Shown one piece after another: positions 13,188-24,023 of a stretch of DNA of 64,000 nucleotides. The DNA lies in the NCBI GenBank assembly GCA_963716395.1, contig OY970309.1:544001-608000 (forward strand), given 5' to 3'. Made by a program: the position numbers and the translations under genes. The DNA comes from an uncultured Fibrobacteria bacterium. Its GTDB lineage: Bacteria; Fibrobacterota; Fibrobacteria; UBA11236. Position 1 is the stretch's first letter. Every line of letters begins with the position of its first letter. The notes beneath the pieces were generated by a model. It saw nothing but the letters and a program-made list of their open reading frames with translations, did not search any database and had not been told where the DNA came from.

Positions 13188-15734
13188 TTAAATACCGGCC
13201 AACGCCTGGGCTGCCTGCAGCAGTTGACGGCCTTCACGTATCAGCCGCTGGTGGCGCCCGCCTTCCCCGATCCGATATTCGCGACGTCCGTTAGCCTGCG
13301 TGCCATCGAGCGCGTCTTGCATTTGCTGGACGAGCGCATTACGCTGAGAGGTAAGCTGCTGGATGTGCTTCTCCGTCGCGAGGTAGCTCGCATCGTCGCC
13401 CTTGATACCGTTCGTCGAAGCGACGATCAGCGCATGCGCGAAGTCGCCGTAAGGCGCGTTCAACTGCTTATAGAGGTCGCCCAACTCGGTGAACGACTTG
13501 CCGTTGCAAAATCCGGACTCGGCAGGCTTGAGGATTTGCGTGATGACGCGGCCATCCGGCTGATAGTCCGGGGTCAACCCGAGCAACGCGTTTACGGTCG
13601 GGACGATATCGGTGTGATCGGTCCAGGTCGAGCGGTCGATGCCCTCGTTCTTCACACCGGGGCCGACCATCCCGAGCCAGGTTTGTCCGATGTCGTTGGC
13701 ATAGTCGCCATGGATCCAGGCGTAGCTGTCGTTCAGGCAGCCCTCGCTCTTGCCGGAGCACGGGCTGTAGGTCTGGAAGTAATAATCCTCTTGCGCGAAC
13801 ATGGTGAACGACATCGTCCGCCGCGGATCGGCATTGATCATATGCAGGGCCTTCAGCGTCGGAGCGTCGACGAGATAACGTGCCACCGGCGTTAACTGCG
13901 TCCCGTCGAGATACGGGTCGAAGGCTTTCAGGTTCGCGGCCGCGTGCTCGAAATCGCGCAGCACCGGATTCACGACCACGTTGCCGGTCGCGTCCACAGC
14001 CTGCGGCTGACCGTCGATATAGAAGCTCGGCGCCGAATCGAAGGAGATGTCATAGCCGGTGTTGTCGATCTTGCTTCCCATCAGCCACGATAGATCGTAG
14101 CCGACTTCGCCGACCAGCGGCCCGTTCAAGCCCACCAGGGGCCAGACCGAAGGTCCGGTCCACGTCGAAACGTCTTGTCCGCCGTTCGTCAGGTCGTATT
14201 GTCCATGGTACGGCTTGGTTCCCACGGTGTTGTATCGGCAGGGCGTGTTGATGCCGTCGCAGTTCTGCGCCTGTTGACCGGCATAATGATCGTTTTCATC
14301 CGCGGTGACGATGAACAGCGTATTGCTTTTGTTGATCCCGTCCGCCGCCAACCGTTGGAAGAACACCGCGAATGCGGAATCGTAGCCCCTCATCGCCGCC
14401 ACGTATCCCGCCTCGCCGGGGCCATAAGCGCCGCCGCCGTCGTGATTGTCGTGCAGGTCGGAGATATAGGCATAGGTCACCGGAATGCCGGCCTCTTGCA
14501 TCTGGGCCACATAACCGAGCGTGGTCGCCGCGGACATATCGTCGAAACCCGGAAATCCCGGCTGGCCGAAAGCGTCTACGATCGGCTGGGCTCCGTAAAC
14601 GTCGCGTACCGCCGGCGAACCGTTCGCGATGGCCGGGTTGACGTACTTCGCGCCGAACAGCGCCTGGTAGCCGGTATAGCCGCCCGGCTCCTGCGGAAGC
14701 AAATCCGGCTTGGCGTGGGCGTTGTCCGCACAAACGCTCGACCCGCCTTGGGCGCAATGCACGGCGATGCCGACGAAGTCGGTCATGGCGAGAGTCGCGG
14801 CCGCCGAGCCGTAGGGCGCGGTTTGTGAGTTCAATCCCTCTTGCCACTCGGGCGAGCCGGCGCCGAAGGTGGTGGTCAGGTCGCCGGTATGATTGACCGG
14901 ATCCACGGCCGGCTCCCAGACCTCCACGCCCTGGGCATGCGCCTTGGCGAGAGGCGCCGTCAGGTACACGTAATAACCGGAGAGGTGATCGATGGTGGCC
15001 GTTTCCTGATTCGCGCCCTGGTCGATGACGATGCCGTCGCCGGCCTGGAAACCGCTGGTGCTGTAGGGATCGATCCGGGTATCGCCGATTTTGGTGGAAT
15101 AATAGAGATCGCTCGGCCCGGCCTTGAAGGCGCCGGCCAGCGCATTTTCGAGCACCGTATTGGCGACCGAAACGTTACCGACATCGCAGCCGGCGCGCGT
15201 GTAAGTCACCCACGGGGCGGGCGTATTTTTGCCTTCGGTGGTGACCATGTTCGGATCGTTGTCGACCGGCGCGGCGACCGGAGACGTCCAGTATTTGAAC
15301 GCCGAGGTGTAGGTCGGGATTCCGTTCGAATCGTTATAGTAGTCGTAGGAGTTGGACTCGTTGATTCCCATGCGGTCGGGATAGAGGCCCGTCAGCGAGC
15401 TGGTGATGCCGCCCGCGGTATGCGAGATCAGCACCGTGTAATGCTTTTGAAGGATGGTGCCATGCCCCTTGAGGAAGTCGTAGAGATGCGGCATCTGCTC
15501 CAGATCCGAAGGGACATTCGGATTGTCCCGCGTCAGATGCACATTGTCGAATTGGATATAGATCACGTGCTGAATATCACCTTGTGCGGAACGGAGATGG
15601 CAGGACGGTCCCTCGCGCCGGTTTTCGTGGGCAGCCGCACCGGAAGGCGCCAACCAAGCTATTGCCGCAGCCAGAGGCAGCACGCGACCGAACCAGTACC
15701 TTGGATGTAACCCATGTTTCCGTAATCCGTGCAT
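13188..15734 (-). CDS. Large secreted protein, alkaline-phosphatase/phosphoesterase superfamily-like
   Basis: HVIYIQFDNVH, SHT, YISDLHD, TLFIVTADENDH and WIHGD metal-ligand-like motifs; signal peptide; RBS AAGGAGG. Confidence 0.65.
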   Translation of the reverse strand: MHGLRKHGLHPRYWFGRVLPLAAAIAWLAPSGAAAHENRREGPSCHLRSAQGDIQHVIYIQFDNVHLTRDNPNVPSDLEQMPHLYDFLKGHGTILQKHYTVLISHTAGGITSSLTGLYPDRMGINESNSYDYYNDSNGIPTYTSAFKYWTSPVAAPVDNDPNMVTTEGKNTPAPWVTYTRAGCDVGNVSVANTVLENALAGAFKAGPSDLYYSTKIGDTRIDPYSTSGFQAGDGIVIDQGANQETATIDHLSGYYVYLTAPLAKAHAQGVEVWEPAVDPVNHTGDLTTTFGAGSPEWQEGLNSQTAPYGSAAATLAMTDFVGIAVHCAQGGSSVCADNAHAKPDLLPQEPGGYTGYQALFGAKYVNPAIANGSPAVRDVYGAQPIVDAFGQPGFPGFDDMSAATTLGYVAQMQEAGIPVTYAYISDLHDNHDGGGAYGPGEAGYVAAMRGYDSAFAVFFQRLAADGINKSNTLFIVTADENDHYAGQQAQNCDGINTPCRYNTVGTKPYHGQYDLTNGGQDVSTWTGPSVWPLVGLNGPLVGEVGYDLSWLMGSKIDNTGYDISFDSAPSFYIDGQPQAVDATGNVVVNPVLRDFEHAAANLKAFDPYLDGTQLTPVARYLVDAPTLKALHMINADPRRTMSFTMFAQEDYYFQTYSPCSGKSEGCLNDSYAWIHGDYANDIGQTWLGMVGPGVKNEGIDRSTWTDHTDIVPTVNALLGLTPDYQPDGRVITQILKPAESGFCNGKSFTELGDLYKQLNAPYGDFAHALIVASTNGIKGDDASYLATEKHIQQLTSQRNALVQQMQDALDGTQANGRREYRIGEGGRHQRLIREGRQLLQAAQALAGI

Positions 15735-16174
15735 AATGTTCCTCCTTTTCGAACCAGGTCGAACCTTTCGGCCGGCCCGGGGTGACTAGTTATACGCGCA
15801 AAGCGGCGCGCTCTCGGTCTTTCCGAAACGGCCGTTCGCTTCGCCCGCGTCTGTGAGGAACCTAGCGAGGCGGTATTGCTGCGTGATGTCTTAGGCGTGA
15901 AGAACGTGTAAACCATCGGTCATGGCCTGACCGGTATTCCGCGAAAGAGGATGGAAAAGCGGCCACTTCGGAAAATCAACATCGAGTGAATTCGCACTGG
16001 ACGGCTTGGCGATTGAGGCGATTTTTCACACCGTAACCGTCAGGCGAAAGTAGGACTCCGGAAACATTTCGAGCGCGTACAACGTACCCCCCGCTTTTGC
16101 GCGGTGGCGAGAGGAATGGGGTTGGAAGGTTGCGGGCCAGGTAACATTTAGGTTACCAGCCCGCCGCTTGCAAA

Positions 16175-16729
16175 TCAGAGCTTGTAGGCGATACCCAAGC
16201 TGATGACGCCGACGCCGTAGCCCAGCTCCAACTGTCCCGCGAGCTTGGGTGTAAACCAGTAACGCGCGCCCAAATCCGCCCCGAAAAGCAAATAACTTCC
16301 GGACGCGGACGCGCCTGCCGCCAAAGTCCCCGAAGAGGAGGCGGAAACAATGTTGTATCCCAAAGTCACGCCGACATAGGGATCAAGCGGCGCGCCTTTG
16401 AGCGCTTGCTTGAGCAGATCGCCGAAGTGATAGGTGCCGCGGGCTCCGAGTACGATATAGGTGTAGCTAAAGGAATAGCCGGGGTAATCCCAACTGGAAC
16501 GCGCGATGCCCACCAGGCCTCCCACGGAGAAATTATCCGCGATGCCGTGGTCGAGGCCGACGCTGATGGGCGGCAAAGAGGTGCTTCCGTAAGAACCGGC
16601 GAAACCGCCCAAGCCGATGCTGGCGTTGACCACATTGTCGCCCAATTTGAAAGACTCCTGGGCGTGTGAGGATTTGACGGTCAGGAAAGTGGCAAGAATC
16701 ATCAGGACGGGAAGTCCGCATTTTTTCAT
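16175..16729 (-). CDS. Small outer-membrane beta-barrel protein
   Basis: Signal peptide, alternating amphipathic strands, DPYVG, terminal GIAYKL. Confidence 0.85.
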   Translation of the reverse strand: MKKCGLPVLMILATFLTVKSSHAQESFKLGDNVVNASIGLGGFAGSYGSTSLPPISVGLDHGIADNFSVGGLVGIARSSWDYPGYSFSYTYIVLGARGTYHFGDLLKQALKGAPLDPYVGVTLGYNIVSASSSGTLAAGASASGSYLLFGADLGARYWFTPKLAGQLELGYGVGVISLGIAYKL

Positions 16730-17228
16730 AGGGTTCACCTTTGGGGGGGGTTGTGTTGAATGATCGGGCAAAACGTATTCACCCCGTAATTCATTCGTCA
16801 ATGAAATCGTGCATTCCAGTAAAGCAAAAGCCTTTTTCTCATCAGAAAACCCATTTCACCTATTAGCGTCGCAATGCACCGGGCTAGCGCGTCGCCCTTT
16901 TCTTCCGGTCCGGCATAACCTACGGAAACGACATCCTTCACGATGGAGTTCTTTCGAGTCATTCGGCAAAACTTGGGGCTTCGGATTTGGTCGGCGTGCG
17001 GTCCTTCGCACCGACCCGATTCAACCTCAAAATCGCCTCCCACGTCCCGCTAAATTCCCCGCTCCCTTTCTCGATTCGGGTGGAACTCGTCGGAATTTGA
17101 CCGGAGAAATCATGCATTGATGGATTTTGGAAAACATTCGGACTCGACTTGGATAAATGGGATTCGGAATGGCCCCTTTCGATATATTTTACCGCAAAAG
17201 CAAATTTTCTTACACAGATAGAAAACGC

Positions 17229-19814
17229 ATGAAAATACTTGCCCCCAATTCTAGGACTTATTGGTCGGCCCTTTGCCTGCTTCCTTGTGTCGCCTTAACG
17301 CAACCCACCATTCGCGTGGACAAGGCCTACGAGGATACCGTTCGGGTTCTCATCATTTCCAATGACAGCGCCATTGGCAATTGCAATTTGACCAGCGGCG
17401 TCGGCATCAAGACGCGGAACTTCGTGCTTAAATCCCTCACCGGCGTCCCCAACGTAAAATACCGTGAATCCCAAACCACCCAGTGGTCCGATGTGTTGGC
17501 CGCCTGGCCCGGAAAATTACCGAACGTCATCGTGCATGTGAACGCGGGGTGGACCACGGAAAGCGGCCCATACATCGATGGCATCTTGAACAACGCCGTG
17601 GATTCCGGGATCGGCGTGGTTTCCATCGGCGACGACGCCGCCGCCTTGGCCGAAAGGACCTTCGGTCTTACGAATGTCGACAACTTTCCCCAGCCTATGG
17701 GCGACGCCACCCAATACCGTGATTCCACCACCAGCCTGTGGATTGACCTGGATGGAAAATCCGACACCTTGGGGGGTGGCGGCGTGATCCGCAACACCGT
17801 CGACAGCCTGCACGTGAATCGACTTTTCTTCTACCCCGAAGAACCACAATCCGGGGCCGATTCCACCAAGAATTACCGCTGCCAGGAAGATGCGGATAAG
17901 TATTCCGTGGACTCCGCCTATGCCAATAATGTGACCTTCCTGGGCTTTCAACGCGCCTTCGACGGAACCGATACCATCGCCGGTCCACGTGAATTGCAAG
18001 TCATCATTTCCTTCCAAGACAAGCTGCGCCGGGGCGTGGCCTTGTCTTATCAGCCGCAATTCCTGGCCGACCCGCAAGCGGCGCATCAAATCGATTATGA
18101 CGCCATCATGTATGCCTCCTTTGCGCGCTCGTATGGCAGTCCTTCCCTGGAGTTCACCGATTCCAGCGGGAACGGTCTTGGCCCCGGCGACGTATGGAGT
18201 CCCGCCAAGGGCAAGCTTTACCTGACCTTTATGGACGACTATGTAGCGGGTTTGTCCAAGCAAATAACGCTGACGGTTGCCAATGGCGCCGGAGCGGCGG
18301 GAGATCTGGAAATCCTCACCGTGGACACCCCGACCGTGACTCTCGGAGGCAAGGGCAAGTGGCGAGGGGAAATCACTTTAGTGGAAAAACCGGCCACCCC
18401 CTCCGATAACAGCGTGGAAGTTACTCTGCCCTCCGTCATAACCGCTACCGCGCCTTCTCATGACGCGAATGGAATTCCCGATGGGGGCACGGTCACCGCC
18501 GTATTGAAATTGGATACCGTTGCAGTCCCCCCACCTCCTCCACCGCCACCACCGCCGCCACCGCCACCACCGCCACCACCGCCTCCTCCGCCTCCTCCGC
18601 CTCCTCCGCCGCCGCCCATCGACACCATCATTTCTGCCTGGATGCTGGACGTGAACGGCAATGGCGCTGCCGATCAGGCGCGCTTTCTTTTCACCCGTCC
18701 CCTCGCCGCTTTACCTGCTTCCATCGGCCCCGTATACTGGAACGCTGTTGCTCCCAACTTGATCAATTCCAAGCCGCCGCATCTCTCTTTTCTCCCGGGT
18801 TCGGGACAAACCATAGTGGTGGCGGATTTCTCCGGGGCCGAGTTTCCAATGGGGTTGACCTCCATTCCCGCAGGCGGACAACCACAAGCGACCTTTCCTT
18901 CCGACACCATATTCGGCGGGCAAAAGCCCCACTTGGCCGATTCCATGGGCGCGATTCCCCTATCGGCAACCATCGCCTTGGGCGGATTGGGAACACCTGT
19001 CGTCACAGGAAATACCGTCACGCGCATTCCCGATACTTTAACCGTCACCGTCAGCGAACCCTTGCAAACGGGATTCCCCTCGCTGCTGCGCTATGGCAAA
19101 TGGCAGAATGATCATTGCTTGGATTACAGTCAGACCGTTCCGGTCACCGCGCTGCAAACCACGCCAACCGCTCCGGGCGATCTTGCCTTTGCCTTGGTTC
19201 TCAATCCCCTGGCGGCGAATCCCGTTTCCGGAGATTGCGCCTTTCTCGAAGGCGATGGAACGGTTTTGGATTTGCCCGGCAATGTGCCTCCGCCCTTGGG
19301 GGTGCGCATTATCGGCCCCACGGCTCCGCAGGTCATCCGTTCGGTAGCGGGCTATCCCGCCGTGTCCGGGGGCGGACCCGCAAACCCGGAACTGGCCACG
19401 TCACCCCTTTGGATCCCTCCGGTGGGATTTGTCCCCGGTCAACCCTTTCGGGAGACGAATCTCCCAACTCCGGGTCAACCCGCTACCGGTTCCGACCCCA
19501 ATACGCGCCAACCCCTTTCATCGGGTACCGTTCTCATCCAAGTCATAAGCGCCGGGAAATACCTGGCGCGCGTGCACATCTTCGATCATTTCGGAAATTT
19601 TCTCGAAACCTTCGCACAGTCCTTCGGTTATCATGGTGAATTGGATAATGCCGCGCGTCTGGGGCCGTTGGGTTACAGCAGCTATTTGGTGTGGGATGGA
19701 CGGGACAGCAAGGGCATGCTCGCGGGACAAGGGGTGTATATCTGGAAAATCGACTTCACCTTGGATGACGGCACGTCTTATTCCAAATTGGTGCGAACGG
19801 GATTGCTCCGCTAA
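17229..19814 (+). CDS. Large secreted protein with poly-Pro linker and C-terminal FlgD-Ig/CTD-like domain
   Basis: Signal peptide; DVNGNGAAD calcium-type motif; C-terminal IFDHFGNF...WDGRDSKG...GVYIWK. Confidence 0.75.
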   Translation: MKILAPNSRTYWSALCLLPCVALTQPTIRVDKAYEDTVRVLIISNDSAIGNCNLTSGVGIKTRNFVLKSLTGVPNVKYRESQTTQWSDVLAAWPGKLPNVIVHVNAGWTTESGPYIDGILNNAVDSGIGVVSIGDDAAALAERTFGLTNVDNFPQPMGDATQYRDSTTSLWIDLDGKSDTLGGGGVIRNTVDSLHVNRLFFYPEEPQSGADSTKNYRCQEDADKYSVDSAYANNVTFLGFQRAFDGTDTIAGPRELQVIISFQDKLRRGVALSYQPQFLADPQAAHQIDYDAIMYASFARSYGSPSLEFTDSSGNGLGPGDVWSPAKGKLYLTFMDDYVAGLSKQITLTVANGAGAAGDLEILTVDTPTVTLGGKGKWRGEITLVEKPATPSDNSVEVTLPSVITATAPSHDANGIPDGGTVTAVLKLDTVAVPPPPPPPPPPPPPPPPPPPPPPPPPPPPPPIDTIISAWMLDVNGNGAADQARFLFTRPLAALPASIGPVYWNAVAPNLINSKPPHLSFLPGSGQTIVVADFSGAEFPMGLTSIPAGGQPQATFPSDTIFGGQKPHLADSMGAIPLSATIALGGLGTPVVTGNTVTRIPDTLTVTVSEPLQTGFPSLLRYGKWQNDHCLDYSQTVPVTALQTTPTAPGDLAFALVLNPLAANPVSGDCAFLEGDGTVLDLPGNVPPPLGVRIIGPTAPQVIRSVAGYPAVSGGGPANPELATSPLWIPPVGFVPGQPFRETNLPTPGQPATGSDPNTRQPLSSGTVLIQVISAGKYLARVHIFDHFGNFLETFAQSFGYHGELDNAARLGPLGYSSYLVWDGRDSKGMLAGQGVYIWKIDFTLDDGTSYSKLVRTGLLR
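18528..18617 (+). repeat. 30 consecutive proline codons
   Basis: CCN x30 with mixed CCA/CCG/CCT/CCC codons. Confidence 0.97.
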
Positions 19815-20059
19815 GCGGGGCATGCTTCGCGGATCCAAATTCGGCTGCAAGTCCGGCGAACACCGTTTGACTGAAATCCGAAGGGGGAAAACCCTGAAGG
19901 GGAATTGGGGCGGTGGAAAAGCTCAATTCGCCTCAACTCCGGAAGACTGAGGTGAGATAAATTGAAATTCGGTATGAGGATCGAACGCGGATCCACTAAA
20001 TTTGCCAGAGCCATTGAACCATTGCGGAATTTTCCATTTCGACTACAAAGGGGGAGCCC

Positions 20060-21754
20060 GTGATGACATCCCGAAAAAGCGCTTTTTACTTTCGGATAGG
20101 CCTGGCGGCCGCGGTACTCTTCGGCTTGGCCATGCCAGCGCTGGCGGCCTGGGCCACCATTCATAACGATTTTTTTCAAATCGACCAGAACGGAAATCCC
20201 GTAGGCACCCGCAGCGGTTGCCTGCGCAAATTCGGCAATACCTACTACTGGTACGGCAGCGCGAATTCCAAAGATCAGCAGGTTTATACCTCCGCCGACT
20301 TGATGCATTGGACCAACCAAGGCGTTTTGTTCACCACCTCGGGATCGACCAACCGCATGGACGTGGTGTATAACGATTCCACCCAGCAATACGTCATGGT
20401 CATGAAATACAACGACTCTTCGGGAGCGGGCGCCCACCTGGGAATCGCCACTTCCACCACGCCCACCGGGAAGTTTACCTTGCAATCGTCCGGCCTGGTC
20501 TTCGGCTCCAAGATTGGCGATATGTCCGTGTATCAAGACGCCGACGGCAAGGCGTATTTGTGCTATGTCTGGGATAGCATTCCCGGCGCCAATTCCGGCG
20601 GTGTCTCTCAGCACGCCTTCGCCCTGATGTCACCGGATTATCTGAGTTTGTCGAAACGGATGTGGTTATGGAACGCCGGCTCCCGCGAGGGGCCATCGAT
20701 GATGAAGTCCAACGGTCTCTATTACTTCATGACGTCGCTCACGCTTTGGACCGAATCGACCGCCACGCAGTACTACACCGCATCCAACCTGGCGGGGCCG
20801 TGGACCACGACTTTGACGCCCATGATCACTCCCGGCTCCACGAATTCCTGGGACACCCAGAATGATTTTGTGTTTCCCATCCAGGGAACACAGGGAACCG
20901 TCTACATGTATGACGGTGACCGCTGGATTAAGCCCAATGAGTTGCGGCAGGGCGACTTTGCCTGGTTGCCCATCACCTTCAGCCCCAAAGATTCGCTCGT
21001 CATGAATTATTACCAGGACTGGGAGGTCGAGTTGGACAAAGGCCTGTGGCGGCCGTTCGACTATTCCCGGAATCTGGCCCTGCACAAAACCGCCACGGCT
21101 TCCTCCTCGGCCGGCGGCAATGTCGCCAATAACGTGACAGATTCCACAACCTATATGAACTTCACCAATACCCGGTGGACGAGCACGGCCAGCGACCCGC
21201 AGTGGATCCAGGTGGACCTCGGCAGCGCGATGAGCGTCAATCGGGTCATTCTCAAATGGGACACCGCGTACGCCAAAGCCTTCCAGATTCAGGTTTCCAC
21301 CGACGCCGCGGAGTGGACAAATGTTTTCACCACCACGGCGGGAGGGAAACGCTCGGTGACGGATGAGACCTTCCCCGCGACCACCGCCCGCTATGTCCGC
21401 ATGTACGGCACGCAGCGCGGGAACACGGCGCTGGGATACTCCCTGTTCGATTTCGCGGTGCTCGATGACACCGACGCCGTGGTCGCGGTGCGCCGGCCCG
21501 ACGCCTCCCCCGTTTCTTCCCAAACCGGCATCACCTATGCAAACAACGTTCTTTCCTATAAAGTCCCGGCAAGCCATTTCGTAAAACTCGCGGTCGTGGA
21601 TGGACGGGGGAAGCAGGTGGCGGTGCTCGTTGAAGGCGACATGCCCGCGGGCCGCTATCAAGCCGCTTTGCCCGCAACCTTGGGACATGGGGTGTATCTG
21701 GTTCGCCTGACGGCGGGCGCCAAAACGCTGGCGGCCCTAAAAATTCAGAGGTAG
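20060..21754 (+). CDS. GH43-family glycoside hydrolase with F5/8 type C (CBM32) domain and C-terminal sorting domain
   Basis: TYYWYG, YTSADLMHW, GDMSVYQDADGKAYL, REGP; NLALHK...QWIQVDLG...ARYVRMYG. Confidence 0.85.
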   Translation: MMTSRKSAFYFRIGLAAAVLFGLAMPALAAWATIHNDFFQIDQNGNPVGTRSGCLRKFGNTYYWYGSANSKDQQVYTSADLMHWTNQGVLFTTSGSTNRMDVVYNDSTQQYVMVMKYNDSSGAGAHLGIATSTTPTGKFTLQSSGLVFGSKIGDMSVYQDADGKAYLCYVWDSIPGANSGGVSQHAFALMSPDYLSLSKRMWLWNAGSREGPSMMKSNGLYYFMTSLTLWTESTATQYYTASNLAGPWTTTLTPMITPGSTNSWDTQNDFVFPIQGTQGTVYMYDGDRWIKPNELRQGDFAWLPITFSPKDSLVMNYYQDWEVELDKGLWRPFDYSRNLALHKTATASSSAGGNVANNVTDSTTYMNFTNTRWTSTASDPQWIQVDLGSAMSVNRVILKWDTAYAKAFQIQVSTDAAEWTNVFTTTAGGKRSVTDETFPATTARYVRMYGTQRGNTALGYSLFDFAVLDDTDAVVAVRRPDASPVSSQTGITYANNVLSYKVPASHFVKLAVVDGRGKQVAVLVEGDMPAGRYQAALPATLGHGVYLVRLTAGAKTLAALKIQR

Positions 21755-21842
21755 CCAAGCCGGAGTGATTTTCTCCGGTCATGGGATCACGCGCGGCCCC
21801 GTTTCTGGTTTGCGGCCCAGGTTCAGGATTTAATATTCCCCC

Positions 21843-23414
21843 ATGTCCGGCTGGATTCTTGACATCCGCCGCCCCGCCGCTTCGGCGTCGACGTTCGAGC
21901 TACCCGACGGGGACACCTTGGCCGGCCGCGAACCCGGTTGCGGGCTTGAACTCGACGATCCGCGCGTGTCGGCGCGCCATTGCTGGATTCGCGTCTTGGA
22001 AGCGGGTGTCGAAATCGAAGATCTCCGCTCCACCAACGGGGTTTTCCTCGACGGCCGGCGCGTGTCGAACTCGGCTTGGCGACCGGGCCAGACCCTCGCC
22101 CTGGGGGGAACCGAATTGCGGCTGCGGCGGAAGGCGGGATCGGGCGGCACCTCGGTGGAACTCGACCCAGGTCATTTCGATTTCAGCATCGTCAGCGAGC
22201 GCAACATCACCGGCGACGACGCCCAGCGCCACCGCCTGCGCCTTTTGCAGCAATGCCTGCGCGAGTTGCAGGCGGCGCTTCCCATCGCCGACCTGCTGGA
22301 CCGCATCATGCTGCTGCTGTTCGAAGCCGTGCAATGCGACACGGGATACATTCTGGTCACCGACCCCGAACATCCCGAGCGCATCCACACGCATCTGGCT
22401 TATGCGCAGGGACGCCGTCGCGAAAACCTCGATGCGCATCTGTATTCACGTACCTTGGTCTCGCGCGTGCTGGAAAGCAAGTCGGGTTTTCTCTTCGACA
22501 GCGACGCGGGCAGTTCCGGTCCCGACGGCGGCCGCGACGCCTCGCTGAGCATTTTCCAACTGCATATCAAAACCGCCCTGTGCTGCCCCATCCACAGCGA
22601 AGGCCGGGTGTTCGGCGTCATCTACCTCGACAGCAAAAAAAGCGTGGCGAAATTCAACGGCGAAGATTTGGATTTGGCCATGAACGCGGCCGGCATTGCC
22701 GGGATGGCCATTGAAAACTCCGAGCTTTACCGCAAGCTGCGCGCCGAAGCCGAAATCCGCGAACACCTGAAGCGCTTCGTCTCGCCCAACGTGGCCGAAC
22801 AAATCATCGCCACGCGCGGAGGCGGCCAGGCGTTGCAATCGCAGAAAACCCATCTCAGCGTGCTGTTCGCCGACATTCGCGGCTTCACGCCGCTGGCCGA
22901 AGCGCTGTCGCCGGTCACCGTGGCCGAACTCTTGAACGCTTATTTCTCCAGTATGTCCGACGTCGCTTTCCACGGCGGCGGCACCTTGGATAAGTTCATC
23001 GGTGATTGCATGATGGTGTTGTTCAACGCCCCCTTCGCCCTGCCCGAACACGAATTGGCGGCGGTCACCACCGCCGTGGAAATGCGCCGGCGCCTGGTGC
23101 AAATCCGCCCGGAATGGAAACGCCGCGGCCTGCCCGAAATCCGCATCGGCATCGGCATCAATTGCGGCGAAGCCGTGGCCGGTTCGGTGGGCACCAGCAC
23201 CCGTATGGAATACACGGCCATCGGCGACGCAGTCAACATCGCCTCGCGGGTGTGCGGCATCGCGCGGCCCGACCAAATCCTCGTCACCGAAGCCGTGCAC
23301 GAAAAGGTGAAGCACCGCTTTCGCACCGCCATGCTCGGCGCCACCCAACTCAAAGGCCGGAGCCGCCAGGTGCTGGTGTTCGAAATCATCGATGATTTGC
23401 GTTTGCCGGAATGA
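21843..23414 (+). CDS. FHA-GAF-class III adenylate cyclase
   Basis: FHA GR...VSARH...STNG; GAF; LFADIRGFT, DKFIGD, EYTAIGDAVNIASR (Lys/Thr indicate ATP specificity). Confidence 0.92.
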   Translation: MSGWILDIRRPAASASTFELPDGDTLAGREPGCGLELDDPRVSARHCWIRVLEAGVEIEDLRSTNGVFLDGRRVSNSAWRPGQTLALGGTELRLRRKAGSGGTSVELDPGHFDFSIVSERNITGDDAQRHRLRLLQQCLRELQAALPIADLLDRIMLLLFEAVQCDTGYILVTDPEHPERIHTHLAYAQGRRRENLDAHLYSRTLVSRVLESKSGFLFDSDAGSSGPDGGRDASLSIFQLHIKTALCCPIHSEGRVFGVIYLDSKKSVAKFNGEDLDLAMNAAGIAGMAIENSELYRKLRAEAEIREHLKRFVSPNVAEQIIATRGGGQALQSQKTHLSVLFADIRGFTPLAEALSPVTVAELLNAYFSSMSDVAFHGGGTLDKFIGDCMMVLFNAPFALPEHELAAVTTAVEMRRRLVQIRPEWKRRGLPEIRIGIGINCGEAVAGSVGTSTRMEYTAIGDAVNIASRVCGIARPDQILVTEAVHEKVKHRFRTAMLGATQLKGRSRQVLVFEIIDDLRLPE

Positions 23415-23461
23415 CGGCGCCTAAAGCGCCGAGGTAGCGGGGCCAGGTGAAGAGACGCGTT

Positions 23462-23965
23462 TTACTCGATGCCGATGGAGTCGACCATTTCCATGCGGTG
23501 CAAAAAATCCTGGTAGTGATGGGCAAAGCCATCCATCACGATGCGGCCGTCGGGCGCGATCAACAGATTGGTGGGGAATTTCTGAATCGCGAAATAGGTT
23601 TCGAAGGTGGGCGGCAATTCGATTTGCGGCCAATTTACGTGGTTCTCCGCCACCCAGGCCTTGGCCTGCGCGAGGTTATAGGTTTTGAGCAAACCGAGCA
23701 TGATGAGGCCGTTGCGGGGATAGCGCTCACGCATCCGACGTAGGAAAGGCGTTTCTTCGCGGCAGGTCTCGCACCATTCGCCCCAGAAATCGAGCAGAAT
23801 GTATTTGCCGCGAAAGCGGCCCAGATCGATGCGCTCGCCCTGAAGCGAAACCGGCTTCCACGCCCAAAAGGCGGAGTCGACCGCGGCGGGGCGTAGACCC
23901 GGTTGGCCGAAAAGCGTGGTGCAGAGAACCGCTACTCCGAAGCCGAAACCCATCGAACGCTTCAT
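23462..23965 (-). CDS. TlpA-family thiol-disulfide oxidoreductase
   Basis: GKYILLDFWGEWCETC, FPTNLLIAPDG; signal peptide from ATG 23965. Confidence 0.88.
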   Translation of the reverse strand: MKRSMGFGFGVAVLCTTLFGQPGLRPAAVDSAFWAWKPVSLQGERIDLGRFRGKYILLDFWGEWCETCREETPFLRRMRERYPRNGLIMLGLLKTYNLAQAKAWVAENHVNWPQIELPPTFETYFAIQKFPTNLLIAPDGRIVMDGFAHHYQDFLHRMEMVDSIGIE

Positions 23966-24023
23966 GGGTTTAAGATATCCTTTGCGGACGAAAAAACCGT
24001 GCGCCGGCGCCGCCGCATCCGGG

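Noticed and set aside
15770-15875. Minus-strand CGCTAGGTTCC...CCGAGAGCG resembling a ykkC/guanidine-I riboswitch
   Set aside because: The conserved 3' element GGGAnAAAAGCCCGGGAG is absent and the downstream gene does not fit
18458-18661. Poly-Gly minus-strand ORF
   Set aside because: Reverse complement of the poly-Pro tract
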